Assembly: GCA_038845975.1 (NCBI GenBank)
Contig: JAWBQF010000005.1
Location: 39,468-103,467, forward strand
DNA: 64,000 bases
Direction of reading: 5' to 3'
From: Candidatus Methanomethylicia archaeon
GTDB taxonomy: Archaea; Thermoproteota; Methanomethylicia; CALHIW01
Made by a program: the position numbers and the translations under genes. The notes beneath the pieces are model-generated. The model worked only from the letters and a program-made list of their open reading frames with translations, was not told the DNA's origin and made no database searches. Shown here in pieces: positions 9,701-19,274 of this stretch (the stretch's first letter is position 1; every line of letters begins with the position of its first letter).

Positions 9701-11158
9701 ATGATAGTAGTAGAGTTGAGAAATATAACTAAGATTTATCCAGGAGGAATTGTAGCAAATAATAATGTGAATTTCGATTTAAAAAAGGGAGAAATACATG
9801 TACTACTTGGAGAGAATGGTGCTGGTAAGACTACATTGATGAAAATCATGAGTGGATGTTTAACTCCGAACAAAGGCTCAATAATAGTTAATGGTAGAAA
9901 TGTTTTTTTCAAGTCTTCTATGGATGCTTTAAAGCATGGAATAGGAATGGTTCATCAAAACTTTACTCTCATACCTACAATGACTGCTCTAGAAAATATT
10001 AAGCTTGGATTAATGGATAAAAAGATAAAAGTAGATGATTTAGTAAGAGATGTAGAAAACATATTTAGTAAATTATCATTTCCTAGAATTGACCTTAACA
10101 GTCCCGTATACATGCTATCTACTGGAGAGAAACAGAAGATAGAAATTACCCGTCTTCTTCTTAGAGGAGTTAAAGTATTGATTCTGGATGAGCCAACATC
10201 AATGCTTTGCGGTTTTGAAGCAGATAAGTTTCTTGATTTACTTAGACTTCTTACATTGGAGGGATGTAGTGTAGTTTTTACAACCCATAAAATACGTGAA
10301 GCTATGAAAGTTAGTGATAGAATTACGGTTATGAAAAATGGGAGAGTAATTACTACGCTTAAAAGAGAGGATGTTAAAAGCGAGGATGATCTTGTTAAGC
10401 TAATGATAGGAGAGAAGATTGAAATGAAAACAGTAAAACATGAAGTTCAGTTTGACGGCACACCTCTATTACTAGTGAGAAACCTCGTAGTAGCTGATGA
10501 CCAAGGAGTAGTTAAAGTTAAAAATATATCTTTAGAGTTACATAGAGGTGAAATTTTAGGGATTGCTGGTGTTGAAGGTAATGGACAAAAGGAGCTTGTA
10601 GAGGCTATAATTGGCTTCAAGAAGCCGCTCTCAGGTGAGCTTATTATTAATGGAGATTTAAGATATATTCCATCTGAAAGGGAGTTAGGAGTAGCTCAGT
10701 CACTAAGTGTTTTAGTAAACTCTATTATTAGGTCTCTTAATGATATGGATTTTAAGGGTAAATGGGGAACTATAAATATGAGTGGAGTTAAAAAGTTTTC
10801 TGAAGAGATAATATCCTTCATGAATATGAATATACCATCACTTAACATGTTAGTGAAGCATCTATCTGGTGGGAATATTGTTAGGTTGATTGTAGGAAGA
10901 GAGATATTAAAGACAAGAGAGATCCTAATAGCAGAACAGCCTACAGCTGGACTTGATGTTAGGTCAGCATATTTGGTTAGGAGAAACCTAATCGAGTTAG
11001 CTTCAAGAGGTGTAGGAATACTTTTAGTTTCATCTGATCTAGATGAAATTATGGAGCTTAGTGATAGGATTGCTGTAATTAGGAATGGAGAAATAGTCAA
11101 GGTTTTTAGTAGAAATGAAGCAGATCCAAAGCTAATAGGAGCATACATGCTAGAATAG
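9701..11158 (+). CDS. CUT2/nucleoside ABC ATP-binding protein (two NBDs)
   Basis: GENGAGKTT, GIGMVHQ, GIAGVEGNGQ, LSGGN, QPTAGLDV. Confidence 0.9.
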   Translation: MIVVELRNITKIYPGGIVANNNVNFDLKKGEIHVLLGENGAGKTTLMKIMSGCLTPNKGSIIVNGRNVFFKSSMDALKHGIGMVHQNFTLIPTMTALENIKLGLMDKKIKVDDLVRDVENIFSKLSFPRIDLNSPVYMLSTGEKQKIEITRLLLRGVKVLILDEPTSMLCGFEADKFLDLLRLLTLEGCSVVFTTHKIREAMKVSDRITVMKNGRVITTLKREDVKSEDDLVKLMIGEKIEMKTVKHEVQFDGTPLLLVRNLVVADDQGVVKVKNISLELHRGEILGIAGVEGNGQKELVEAIIGFKKPLSGELIINGDLRYIPSERELGVAQSLSVLVNSIIRSLNDMDFKGKWGTINMSGVKKFSEEIISFMNMNIPSLNMLVKHLSGGNIVRLIVGREILKTREILIAEQPTAGLDVRSAYLVRRNLIELASRGVGILLVSSDLDEIMELSDRIAVIRNGEIVKVFSRNEADPKLIGAYMLE

Positions 11159-11160
11159 CT

Positions 11161-12222
11161 ATGTCAATTAACTATCTATTACTAACTAGATTCCTCCTCA
11201 TATTGGTAGTTATAGGATCAGCCTTTATTGTAGGGGGAATAATAATAGCTTTATGTGGGGGAAATGCCTTACTAGCCTTCTACTGGCTTTTTCAGGGAGC
11301 ATTTACTCCTATGCTAATTCCGGAAACTCTTGTTAGAGCTACTCCACTATTACTTATAAGTGAGGGTTTAGTTGTAGCATTCTCGGCAAGAATGTGGAAT
11401 ATAGGCGCTGAAGGTCAGTTCTATATGGGGGGAATTAGTGCTGCAATTTTCTGTATAATTTTTAAGTATTTCACTATTCCTATGCAGCCTATAGCTTTAC
11501 TCCTTGCTGGATTAAGTGGAGCTTTATGGGCTTTAGCTCCATCGATACTTAAGGTACGTTATGGAATTAATGAAATAATAACAACTCTCATGCTAAACTA
11601 TATAGCTATGTATTTCGTTAGTTACCTACTTCAAGGTCCATTTAGGGATCCAGTATCCATGTTTCCTGAAACGGAGAGTATACCACTACATCTACAGATT
11701 CCTGTAGTAGTTGGTGGAACCAGACTACATTTAGGAGTTGTTTTCTCTTTTTTTGTTATTGTTCCTGTAACGTATTATTTTCTTGAAAGGACGAATTATG
11801 GGTTAAGGATTAAAATACTTGGATCAAGTTCTAGAGTAGCTCAATACTCTAAAATTCATTGTGATAAGGTAATGATTCAATCAATGCTTATTAGTGGCTT
11901 TTTAGCTGGCCTAGCTGGGGGAATAGAGGTATTAGCTGTACAACATAAAATGAGACTTGAGCTTTCCCCTTCATATTGCCAGTATGGCTATACAGGTATA
12001 GCTGTAGCTTTACTTAGCTATTTGAATCCCATATTGACTATGTTCATATCAATATTTATCGGTGGATTGATTAATGGTAGTATGACAATGCATAGAATGG
12101 CTTCAATACCTGTAGGTATGGCTAATATAATTCAATCCCTAATTATTGTTTTTATATTGATAGGATACTATGTTGAAGATAAGTTGTCTTGGAGGATTCT
12201 GGAGAGGTTGAGGAGGAAATGA
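11161..12222 (+). CDS. Nucleoside-type ABC permease
   Basis: WNIGAEGQF, NEIITTLMLNY, GYTGIAVALL. Confidence 0.88.
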   Translation: MSINYLLLTRFLLILVVIGSAFIVGGIIIALCGGNALLAFYWLFQGAFTPMLIPETLVRATPLLLISEGLVVAFSARMWNIGAEGQFYMGGISAAIFCIIFKYFTIPMQPIALLLAGLSGALWALAPSILKVRYGINEIITTLMLNYIAMYFVSYLLQGPFRDPVSMFPETESIPLHLQIPVVVGGTRLHLGVVFSFFVIVPVTYYFLERTNYGLRIKILGSSSRVAQYSKIHCDKVMIQSMLISGFLAGLAGGIEVLAVQHKMRLELSPSYCQYGYTGIAVALLSYLNPILTMFISIFIGGLINGSMTMHRMASIPVGMANIIQSLIIVFILIGYYVEDKLSWRILERLRRK

Positions 12223-13151
12223 ATGATGTAGTATTTGGACTAATATATTCAAGTATTTCTCTAGCTACACCAATACTATTGGTTAGTATTATTGAACTTA
12301 TTGTTGAGAAGGGGGGTGTATTGAATTTAAGCATTGAGGGCTCAATGCTTATAGGTGCCTTCTCCGCATTTATGGTAGCCTACTATACTGATAATTTAAT
12401 ATATGCATCTATTACTGCGGCTTTTTCCGGCTTACTTCTATGTTTACTTTTCGCTTTTTTAACGATAGCATTAGCATTAGACCAAATGGTAACAGGGATA
12501 GCTCTTAATCTTCTAGCTTTAGGAGTAACATCATATTTATATAGAGCTAGCTTTGGATGGTATGTAAGTCCTATTCCTCCACATATTGAGAAAACCATAG
12601 CTACACTTGAAATACCAGTATTGTCGAAGATTCCATTAATAGGAGAACTTCTCTTCAATCATATTCCACATACTTATATAGCGTTTATAATGGTTTTTAT
12701 TTGTTGGTTTCTTTTTAAGACGGATTTAGGGTTGAAGATTAGAGCTATTGGGGAAGACCCTGAGATTGCTGAAGCCTTAGGGATAAATGTAAATGTTTTA
12801 AGATATATTCTCCTATTAGTAGAGGGAGCTATAGCTGGGATTTCAGGATCTCTACTTTCAATAGCTTACTACAATATGTTTCTTGATAATATGACTTCAG
12901 GTAGAGGATATGTAGCTATAGCTCTTATAATTCTTGCTAGGTGGAATCCTCTACTATTACTTCCAGCTGTTTACTTCTTTAACTTTGTAGATGTATTGCA
13001 GCTTAGAATTCAGGCAAGTGGTTTAGCATGGTTTCCATACCAGTTTTCCTTAATGCTTCCCTACTTATTTACGATACTAGCACTATTTATTATGGGTAGG
13101 AGGGTAAGAGGACCATCTTCTCTAGCTAAACCATATAAGAAGCTAAGATAG
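12219..13151 (+). CDS. Nucleoside-type ABC permease (start at ATG 12219, ATGA overlap with upstream stop)
   Basis: EKGGVLNLSIEG, GLKIRAIGEDP, GRGYVAIALI, LPY; GAGGAGG RBS precedes 12219. Confidence 0.88.
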   Translation: MNDVVFGLIYSSISLATPILLVSIIELIVEKGGVLNLSIEGSMLIGAFSAFMVAYYTDNLIYASITAAFSGLLLCLLFAFLTIALALDQMVTGIALNLLALGVTSYLYRASFGWYVSPIPPHIEKTIATLEIPVLSKIPLIGELLFNHIPHTYIAFIMVFICWFLFKTDLGLKIRAIGEDPEIAEALGINVNVLRYILLLVEGAIAGISGSLLSIAYYNMFLDNMTSGRGYVAIALIILARWNPLLLLPAVYFFNFVDVLQLRIQASGLAWFPYQFSLMLPYLFTILALFIMGRRVRGPSSLAKPYKKLR

Positions 13152-14510
13152 ATCGTAGTTTTCAGGTTTAAAACCTGGAATTCTACTGTATTTATTTATG
13201 GAGTCTTTAATAAGCTTATCCTCATCGGGAACATTATTTAGGAATTTTTTCAGAATGGATAGATATGTAGTTTCTAGTTTAGGTAAACTTAAACTGTTTA
13301 GCTCTTCTTCTATTATTTCTAGTGACTCCTTGAAGGCTTTAATAACTCTCTCATAATCAGTATCTGTAGAAGTAATGGATTTAGCTATTCTAAATGCGTT
13401 TTCAGGGGATAGAATTAGTGCCTGAGGGTCTCTGTAGATATCTGAATTTACCAGTATTTTTTGAAGTGTTTTATTAACATTCATGTCTATAGATTTATTC
13501 ATTAATTCAGTATCGTATCCTAATGCTTCAAGAATAACAGCTGTTGATTTGCCCCCGAAGAAGTCTTCGAAAACTATTGTTTCATTAGACCAAAGATCAC
13601 ATGTAGCTGCTGATATGTTTCCAAGTAGACTTGAATGCGCATAAGAGGCTGTTTTACCCTCCATTGAGATAGGATACCCTGTTATGATTTTAACTATGGT
13701 GTTTTCATATGCGCAGTCCTTTCCAGGTCCCTGAGCCCCCTCCTCATAGCATTTTAGGGTTCTAACAGCACACATAGCTCTAATGGCTGCTGCAAGTATG
13801 TGAGATATTCTCCTATCTACTAAACCATTAGCTAAGACCATAGCTGAATTAGCTAGTGCACATGCACTATCACTGGCTGGAATCGCTTTACTACATGTTT
13901 TAACTATTTCATGCCATAGGAAGCTAACATCTCTAATTGAGAGGATAGCTATTGAGAAAAGAATACCTCTCAAATCATTTCTTATTAGTGAATATGAAAA
14001 TACCTCCTGTCCTCCTCTTGACTCTACTGATATTAAATCAGCACCATTAGTAGATACAGACTTAATTGTTTCTATCATCATTTTTAAGTATTCTCCACAT
14101 CTTAAGCCTATATTGAATCTTCTAATATCTGCTATGGTTATACGTAGAGCTGATTTTAATCCGTATTCAGAATAGTATTTTGATAGAATTTCCTTTTGGG
14201 ATTTAACTATTTCCCCACTTAAATCCGGATTCATTGTTAAGGGTTCTGTAAGCTCAGTATCTAGTTGAACATTTCTAAAACCTAGATTTAGTGCTCTATG
14301 CACAATGGATAATGCTATCTTTTCATATTCATCTACTAGAAGTTCAGGCTTATTTTCAAATCCAGGCTTTAAAATATACTTAACTTCAGGTACTACTTTT
14401 CCATCCCCTACTGAAAGTTCAAAGCCGTATTTAAGTGGTTTTTTAGCTATTCCAAAGCATACCTCCTCAGCATTACTGTATGCTAGATTCTTGAAGAAAA
14501 CTACTCCCAT
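13143..14510 (-). CDS. mtaB: MtaB-family (methanol:corrinoid-type) methyltransferase, divergent
   Basis: LAYSNAEEVCFG, GADLISVESRGGQEVF, CALANSAM, GPGKDCAYEN, MEGKT, DLWSNE, YRDPQA, FKPENY are colinear with MtaB. Confidence 0.85.
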   Translation of the reverse strand: MGVVFFKNLAYSNAEEVCFGIAKKPLKYGFELSVGDGKVVPEVKYILKPGFENKPELLVDEYEKIALSIVHRALNLGFRNVQLDTELTEPLTMNPDLSGEIVKSQKEILSKYYSEYGLKSALRITIADIRRFNIGLRCGEYLKMMIETIKSVSTNGADLISVESRGGQEVFSYSLIRNDLRGILFSIAILSIRDVSFLWHEIVKTCSKAIPASDSACALANSAMVLANGLVDRRISHILAAAIRAMCAVRTLKCYEEGAQGPGKDCAYENTIVKIITGYPISMEGKTASYAHSSLLGNISAATCDLWSNETIVFEDFFGGKSTAVILEALGYDTELMNKSIDMNVNKTLQKILVNSDIYRDPQALILSPENAFRIAKSITSTDTDYERVIKAFKESLEIIEEELNSLSLPKLETTYLSILKKFLNNVPDEDKLIKDSINKYSRIPGFKPENYDLS

Positions 14511-15883
14511 CTTGGAAGACCTAGATCCTCAAGCTCTTTCCAAATTTTTTCGTATATTTCAAGCCATTCCCTTGAGGGCCGAAGAGTTTTTAAATCAGTA
14601 CATTCAGGAAAGCTTTTACCTTTAGGAGGATCTTTAAGTTTAGATTCATATTTAGGTAGTAGTGCTTTAACGATTTCATTAACATCTGAAAGCTTTAAGT
14701 TCTTAGCTGATGATTTAAGTACTTCAGCGAAGAACTTGTTTTCTAGAGCGCTTCCATAATTCTTGTATCTGCATGCAGTAGGTCTAGTACCTATTTCTAT
14801 AGCTATGCCTGAAACAGATTCCACCATGGATATAGTTGCAGTTTCGTAGAGAAGCATTTCTGTACATGGCCCGCTAACTTGGCTTGTTATTCCTAAATTC
14901 ATTATCTTGTTATTTCTTGATCTTGCTTGGACACTTATACTTGTAGCCCACAAAGCTTCCCTACCAGTATTACCAAAGTATCTAGCATCAAGAATTGTAC
15001 TTTCAATTAATGTCGGAAGCATTGAAGCTGCTTGGAGAATTTGAGCAGCAATAGACCCTATAGCAGCTCCTTCAGGGGATCCGAAGTATCCTCCAATACA
15101 TAGCATGTGACCCGCTTCTAAAGGTGATCCCACTAGATGGTTTACAGCTACCCTATGAAATATTTGATATGGTAGGGTTATAGGTTCAGGTATTAATGCT
15201 ATACCTATTGTTCTATCAGGTTCAAACCCTCCCCATAGGAATCCTCCGAAGTATCCATATTCTGTTGGTGCTCCCTCCACTCCATGCAGAGGCATTCCAG
15301 GCCTCCCTACTCTAGTTAGAGCCTCCTTAACATATCTAGCCTCATACATTCCCATTATTGTTTCATAGGGAGTTCTAGCTCTAATTTCACGTCCATTTAT
15401 TGTGTCTAAGGTAGGTGCAAGAATAATATCTATTACCTTATACTGCGCAATTGCCATGCAGAGTGGAATAAAGTACTCCTCTGAGATCGCCATACCCAGA
15501 GATGATCCTTCAGCAACAGGAGGATTTCTATCTTCAGGTTTTCTACTTCTAATTGTAACACTATCCTTACCATAGCCTAAAGTTATTTCTGAGGGAGTGT
15601 TTTGAAGAGCTTCTCTTATTTCCTCTTCAGTAAACATGATTCTTCTACCTGTATCTGGGCAGAACATTCCAATCCTTAAGGCCAACTCGTATCCAGCCTT
15701 ATAGAATTCATCAGCAAGTTTTAAATCAGTATTTACTGGATTACTAGGATTAAATGTTTTCTCTAATCCATGCTCCTTCAGTATCTGTCTAGTAATCTGT
15801 GGAACTAGCTTAAACTCGAATTCCCGCTTAGTAGTAATGGGTCCGGTAAGAGTTTTATCCAGTATATTAAATAGAAGATCCAT
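14501..15883 (-). CDS. mtmB: MtmB-family (monomethylamine-type) methyltransferase lacking pyrrolysine
   Basis: FCPDTGRRIMFTEEEI, PYE, GRPGMPLHGVE, GPCTEMLLYE, PPKGKSFPEC, LEDLGL align with MtmB; no in-frame TAG. Confidence 0.85.
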   Translation of the reverse strand: MDLLFNILDKTLTGPITTKREFEFKLVPQITRQILKEHGLEKTFNPSNPVNTDLKLADEFYKAGYELALRIGMFCPDTGRRIMFTEEEIREALQNTPSEITLGYGKDSVTIRSRKPEDRNPPVAEGSSLGMAISEEYFIPLCMAIAQYKVIDIILAPTLDTINGREIRARTPYETIMGMYEARYVKEALTRVGRPGMPLHGVEGAPTEYGYFGGFLWGGFEPDRTIGIALIPEPITLPYQIFHRVAVNHLVGSPLEAGHMLCIGGYFGSPEGAAIGSIAAQILQAASMLPTLIESTILDARYFGNTGREALWATSISVQARSRNNKIMNLGITSQVSGPCTEMLLYETATISMVESVSGIAIEIGTRPTACRYKNYGSALENKFFAEVLKSSAKNLKLSDVNEIVKALLPKYESKLKDPPKGKSFPECTDLKTLRPSREWLEIYEKIWKELEDLGLPRWE

Positions 15884-15892
15884 AAAGATCCT

Positions 15893-16588
15893 CTAGCGCC
15901 ACTCTCCAATTATAATGGGTTTCTCTACTTTACTTCCCCTTTCCATAAGGATGTTGCATAGTTCAACAGCTCTTTCAGCATCTTTAGCCCATCCATCAGC
16001 ACCTATTTCTTTAGCCCATTCAGGACTAACAGCAGCCCCTCCAACTATAATGTAAAACTTACTTCTAATATTCTCATCTATTAATCTCTGAATTACATCT
16101 CTCATATAGAACATAGATGGAGTTAGAAGACATGAAATACCTATAATGTCTGCAGATTCGGTTTTAGCTACTTCAACAAATTTGGTTGGATGAACATCAT
16201 TACCTAAATCTATAATTTGATAACCATTAGCACTTAGCATGGCTGAAACTATGTTTTTCCCAATATCATGAATATCACCATAAATTGTTCCTATAACTAT
16301 CTTTCCCTTAAAAACTTGTGTTCCACCCTTAGGAAGTAGAATCTTTAAAGCCTCTTGAGCAGCTTCTCCAGCTAAAACAAGTTCTGGTAGAAAGATTTCA
16401 AGTCTTTCATATTTTTCCCCTAAGATATCCATTGCTGGCTTAATAGCTTCATCTATTATCTTAACTACTGAAACTTCAGATTCACTTAGCATTAATGCTG
16501 CATTCTTAGCAGCTTCAGAATCCCCATTTAAAATAGCTTCCTTAAGAAGGTTCAGGTTTTTATCAATAATCTCCTTATCTCTACACAT
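15893..16588 (-). CDS. Methyltransferase cognate corrinoid protein (MtaC/MtmC family); likely start 16588
   Basis: IFLPELVLAG cap domain; GDIHDIGKNIV (DxHxxG cobalamin motif), SCLLT, VGGAAV, IGADG. Confidence 0.92.
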   Translation of the reverse strand: MCRDKEIIDKNLNLLKEAILNGDSEAAKNAALMLSESEVSVVKIIDEAIKPAMDILGEKYERLEIFLPELVLAGEAAQEALKILLPKGGTQVFKGKIVIGTIYGDIHDIGKNIVSAMLSANGYQIIDLGNDVHPTKFVEVAKTESADIIGISCLLTPSMFYMRDVIQRLIDENIRSKFYIIVGGAAVSPEWAKEIGADGWAKDAERAVELCNILMERGSKVEKPIIIGEWR

Positions 16589-16694
16589 GGTAATCAAATA
16601 GTATATAGGGGGTTGCTTAAGTTTTTTACTCATGTTTAAGTATGTCTCCTATTAGTTATGAATTTATTAATCTAAGCATAAATTTTAGTTGTAT

Positions 16695-17061
16695 GGCTTT
16701 GTTAAATTAAGCTTGTTTCATCATCTTTTTTAATAATTAAATGATCAGTAATAACCGTTAGCATCTTTAATATTTGAGGATGCAAAATTATGTGTGAGTA
16801 ATGTATTAGATTATCCTACTCTCAATGAAATACATATTCATTTATATTCATCAACATAACTCTCCTAATTAATAGATCGATGATAACTTCAAAATCTATA
16901 AACCCACATACTCATAACGTAATCAATATCCAAACTCTACCTACACACCTAAATTAATAGAATAAATATGAGTACACAGAACCCCATAAACTACTAAGAA
17001 CACATAGAAAACCCTATAAACTCTAGATAGTATACAGCCAATGACTTAAGTTAACAAAGCC
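16695..17061. mobile_element. Internally deleted IS6-like element/MITE
   Basis: Ends GGCTTTGTTAAATTAAG and CTTAAGTTAACAAAGCC are inverted repeats; the left flank resembles the IS end at 48270. Confidence 0.7.
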
Positions 17062-18038
17062 TCCTTATATTAGGATAGTTAAGCATTATTGTTAAGCCTA
17101 ATCACTTCTACTTTAAAATCGATACCTCATCCTAAGGGTATTCTACTTAAGTTAACAGAACATATAAGCAAGCTCTGCAAAATTTAAATGTAAGATACAT
17201 GTATAGCTGATGGCTTAAGTTCACAACACCTATAAGCAACCCATAACATTTATGAAGATGCTACATTAATAGCGCAATGAATAAAGAATAATCCTAGAGC
17301 TAAAGTTAACGGAAAAGCTGTATGCTCTATATACAATATTCACAAGTTATAATTAGTCTCGCAATGTTAAAGTTACGAAATAACATTGCCAGGAAATATG
17401 TAACATATTAATGAGAGAAATACTAAATCTACTTAGAAACTCATCTCTTAATCTCCTATGATAATCCTGAAATTTGGATAGTAGTGGAAGAATTGTTAAA
17501 GATTTAATGGAGAAGAAGGATAGAGTATATCTATACAGCTTAAACATAAATATCTTCTTTATTTACTGTGAACCATTCTATAATTGCTTACCATCCATAA
17601 CATCATCAATAATAGATATTCAGTAGGCTTCTAATGTTTAAGCTAAGTTTATTGTAGTGTTGTCTTATATATTTATTGGATACTTGTTTATAAGGCTAAG
17701 GGCTTGTATTTTCTTGAAATGGAAAGAGGTTTTCTAAATAAATTAGGACCTAATAGGAGGTGTAGCAGTAATATTAAGTCTAGCATATGTCATATGGAGC
17801 GATATCTTTAAGATTTGGAGTTAGTAAGGAAGGCATATCTGGATGAATTGGACATGTAGGAAGCATGATGTAGTATTCATTATAATAAGATTAGAACTAA
17901 TAGAAACAAGAATAAGCAAGGATATAGAGATCATAGTTGAGCAGTCCTAAAACAAGCAATATAGCTTTTTCCTCATTTAATCATGTTAACTCCATAAGTA
18001 TAGAGTTAGATTAATATGTGTAGTAGTAAAAGTTTATA

Positions 18039-18527
18039 TTGGTTAAGATAATATTATGTGGTGGTAACGTGGTTGAGAAGTGGAAGAGTGAAGCTTATGA
18101 GCGTTTAGGACGTGAATGGATAAAGGGGGTTGTAACTGGTTTAAATGAGGTTGATGAAGAGATAGCTAGGAAAATTCTGAAAGAATGCGGTGAAGCCTGC
18201 GCTAAAATTTGGCTTGACTCCTACGGTTATGATCCGGCATCCTACGATTTAAATTCTTGGATAAGACTTATTCAACAATTAGAGCCTGATGTTCGAAGTA
18301 TTAATATAGTGGGGAACATTATTACTTATGAGCTTAAACCTAAGGAATGCATATGCCCACTAGTTTCAGGAAACATAGTTAAGTTGACTTCTAAGCTATG
18401 TTCAGCATGTGCTGTTAACTTCTTCGAGTACATATTCAGGAAAGTTACTAAGAAGCCTGTTAGAGCTAGGATTATAGAGAGCTTTGCAACTGGAGCTGAT
18501 AAATGTGTTTTCCAAATACAGATATAG
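18039..18527 (+). CDS. Cys-rich V4R/DUF6144-like protein (true start possibly GTG at 18069)
   Basis: ECGEACA, CICPLV, CSAC and C-terminal ESFATGADKCVFQI. Confidence 0.6.
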   Translation: MVKIILCGGNVVEKWKSEAYERLGREWIKGVVTGLNEVDEEIARKILKECGEACAKIWLDSYGYDPASYDLNSWIRLIQQLEPDVRSINIVGNIITYELKPKECICPLVSGNIVKLTSKLCSACAVNFFEYIFRKVTKKPVRARIIESFATGADKCVFQIQI

Positions 18528-18635
18528 TAACTTTAAAATAGTATTTTATACGACTCTATATTTAAACTTCTATAAGTTAAGAGTAAATTGGGATTTTAGT
18601 TAATATCTTTACCTAATTTTTTAACCTTGTAAAAA

Positions 18636-19274
18636 TTATTGTTTGGATGGTTTAGGATATCTTGAAGCACCATATCTTTCTTGTGCTATGCGGTATAATG
18701 GTATATTGTGCTCTTCTGGGAAACGGTTTCCGCCTTTTATCATTAATACAATTTGTTTTCCAAGTTCTCTAGCTGCTTTCATTCCCCTTTCATCGTTTAC
18801 TATGCTTCCCTTCTCGTAGGCTAATCCTTCAACAGATTCAGCACATATCATGTGGTTACTGATAAAGTACCTGTTAAAGAAGTTTAATGTTTCAACAGCT
18901 CCAGTTCTACCGGCTACAGCGATTGCTGCAGCAACCTTATTTGAAAGTTTAAGATTTGGAAAGGTAAGTGCATATGTTCGGTCTATGAAGATTTTTGCTT
19001 GTGCACACATTTGCCAGAAGTATACAGGTGTACCGAATATTATACCATCTGCTTCAAGAAGCTTTTTATACATGATCTGCATATCATCGTTTATGCGGCA
19101 CTCACCCGTTTTATGACATGATCCACATCCATCGCAAGGATTAATTTTATAGTCTCTAGTTGTAATAAGCTCAGCTTCAGCACCTGCTTCTCTAGCTCCT
19201 TCAAGTGCTTCACGAACAATTATTTCAGTATTCCCGTTTTTCCTAGGACTGAAAACTATGCCTAAAACCTTCAA
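18636..19274 (-). CDS. Iron-sulfur flavoprotein (Isf)/multimeric flavodoxin
   Basis: SPRKNGNT, CDGCGSCHKTGEC (Cx2Cx2Cx5C), ADGIIFGTPVYF, KIFIDR. Confidence 0.88.
   Translation of the reverse strand: MKVLGIVFSPRKNGNTEIIVREALEGAREAGAEAELITTRDYKINPCDGCGSCHKTGECRINDDMQIMYKKLLEADGIIFGTPVYFWQMCAQAKIFIDRTYALTFPNLKLSNKVAAAIAVAGRTGAVETLNFFNRYFISNHMICAESVEGLAYEKGSIVNDERGMKAARELGKQIVLMIKGGNRFPEEHNIPLYRIAQERYGASRYPKPSKQ

Noticed and set aside
10696-11148. 150-aa antisense ORF and similar shadow ORFs (e.g. 14305-14625, 32932-33273, 60277-60573, 62590-63198)
   Set aside because: They lie opposite well-supported genes, have Ile/Ser/Leu-rich mirror composition and show no motifs
14501-15892. Pyrrolysine (TAG) readthrough in the methyltransferase genes
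   Set aside because: mtmB is full length with no in-frame TAG, and terminal TAGs fall at the expected C-termini; no pyl genes are in the window
16695-17310. CRISPR array suggested by recurring CTTAAGTTAAC motifs
   Set aside because: Repeats are short, degenerate, irregularly spaced and match IS terminal repeats; no cas genes or regular array seen anywhere in the window
17353-17960. Short ORF 17353-17547 and coding-like fragments up to 17960
   Set aside because: No recognisable motif and interrupted by stops; probably decayed DNA that cannot be assigned
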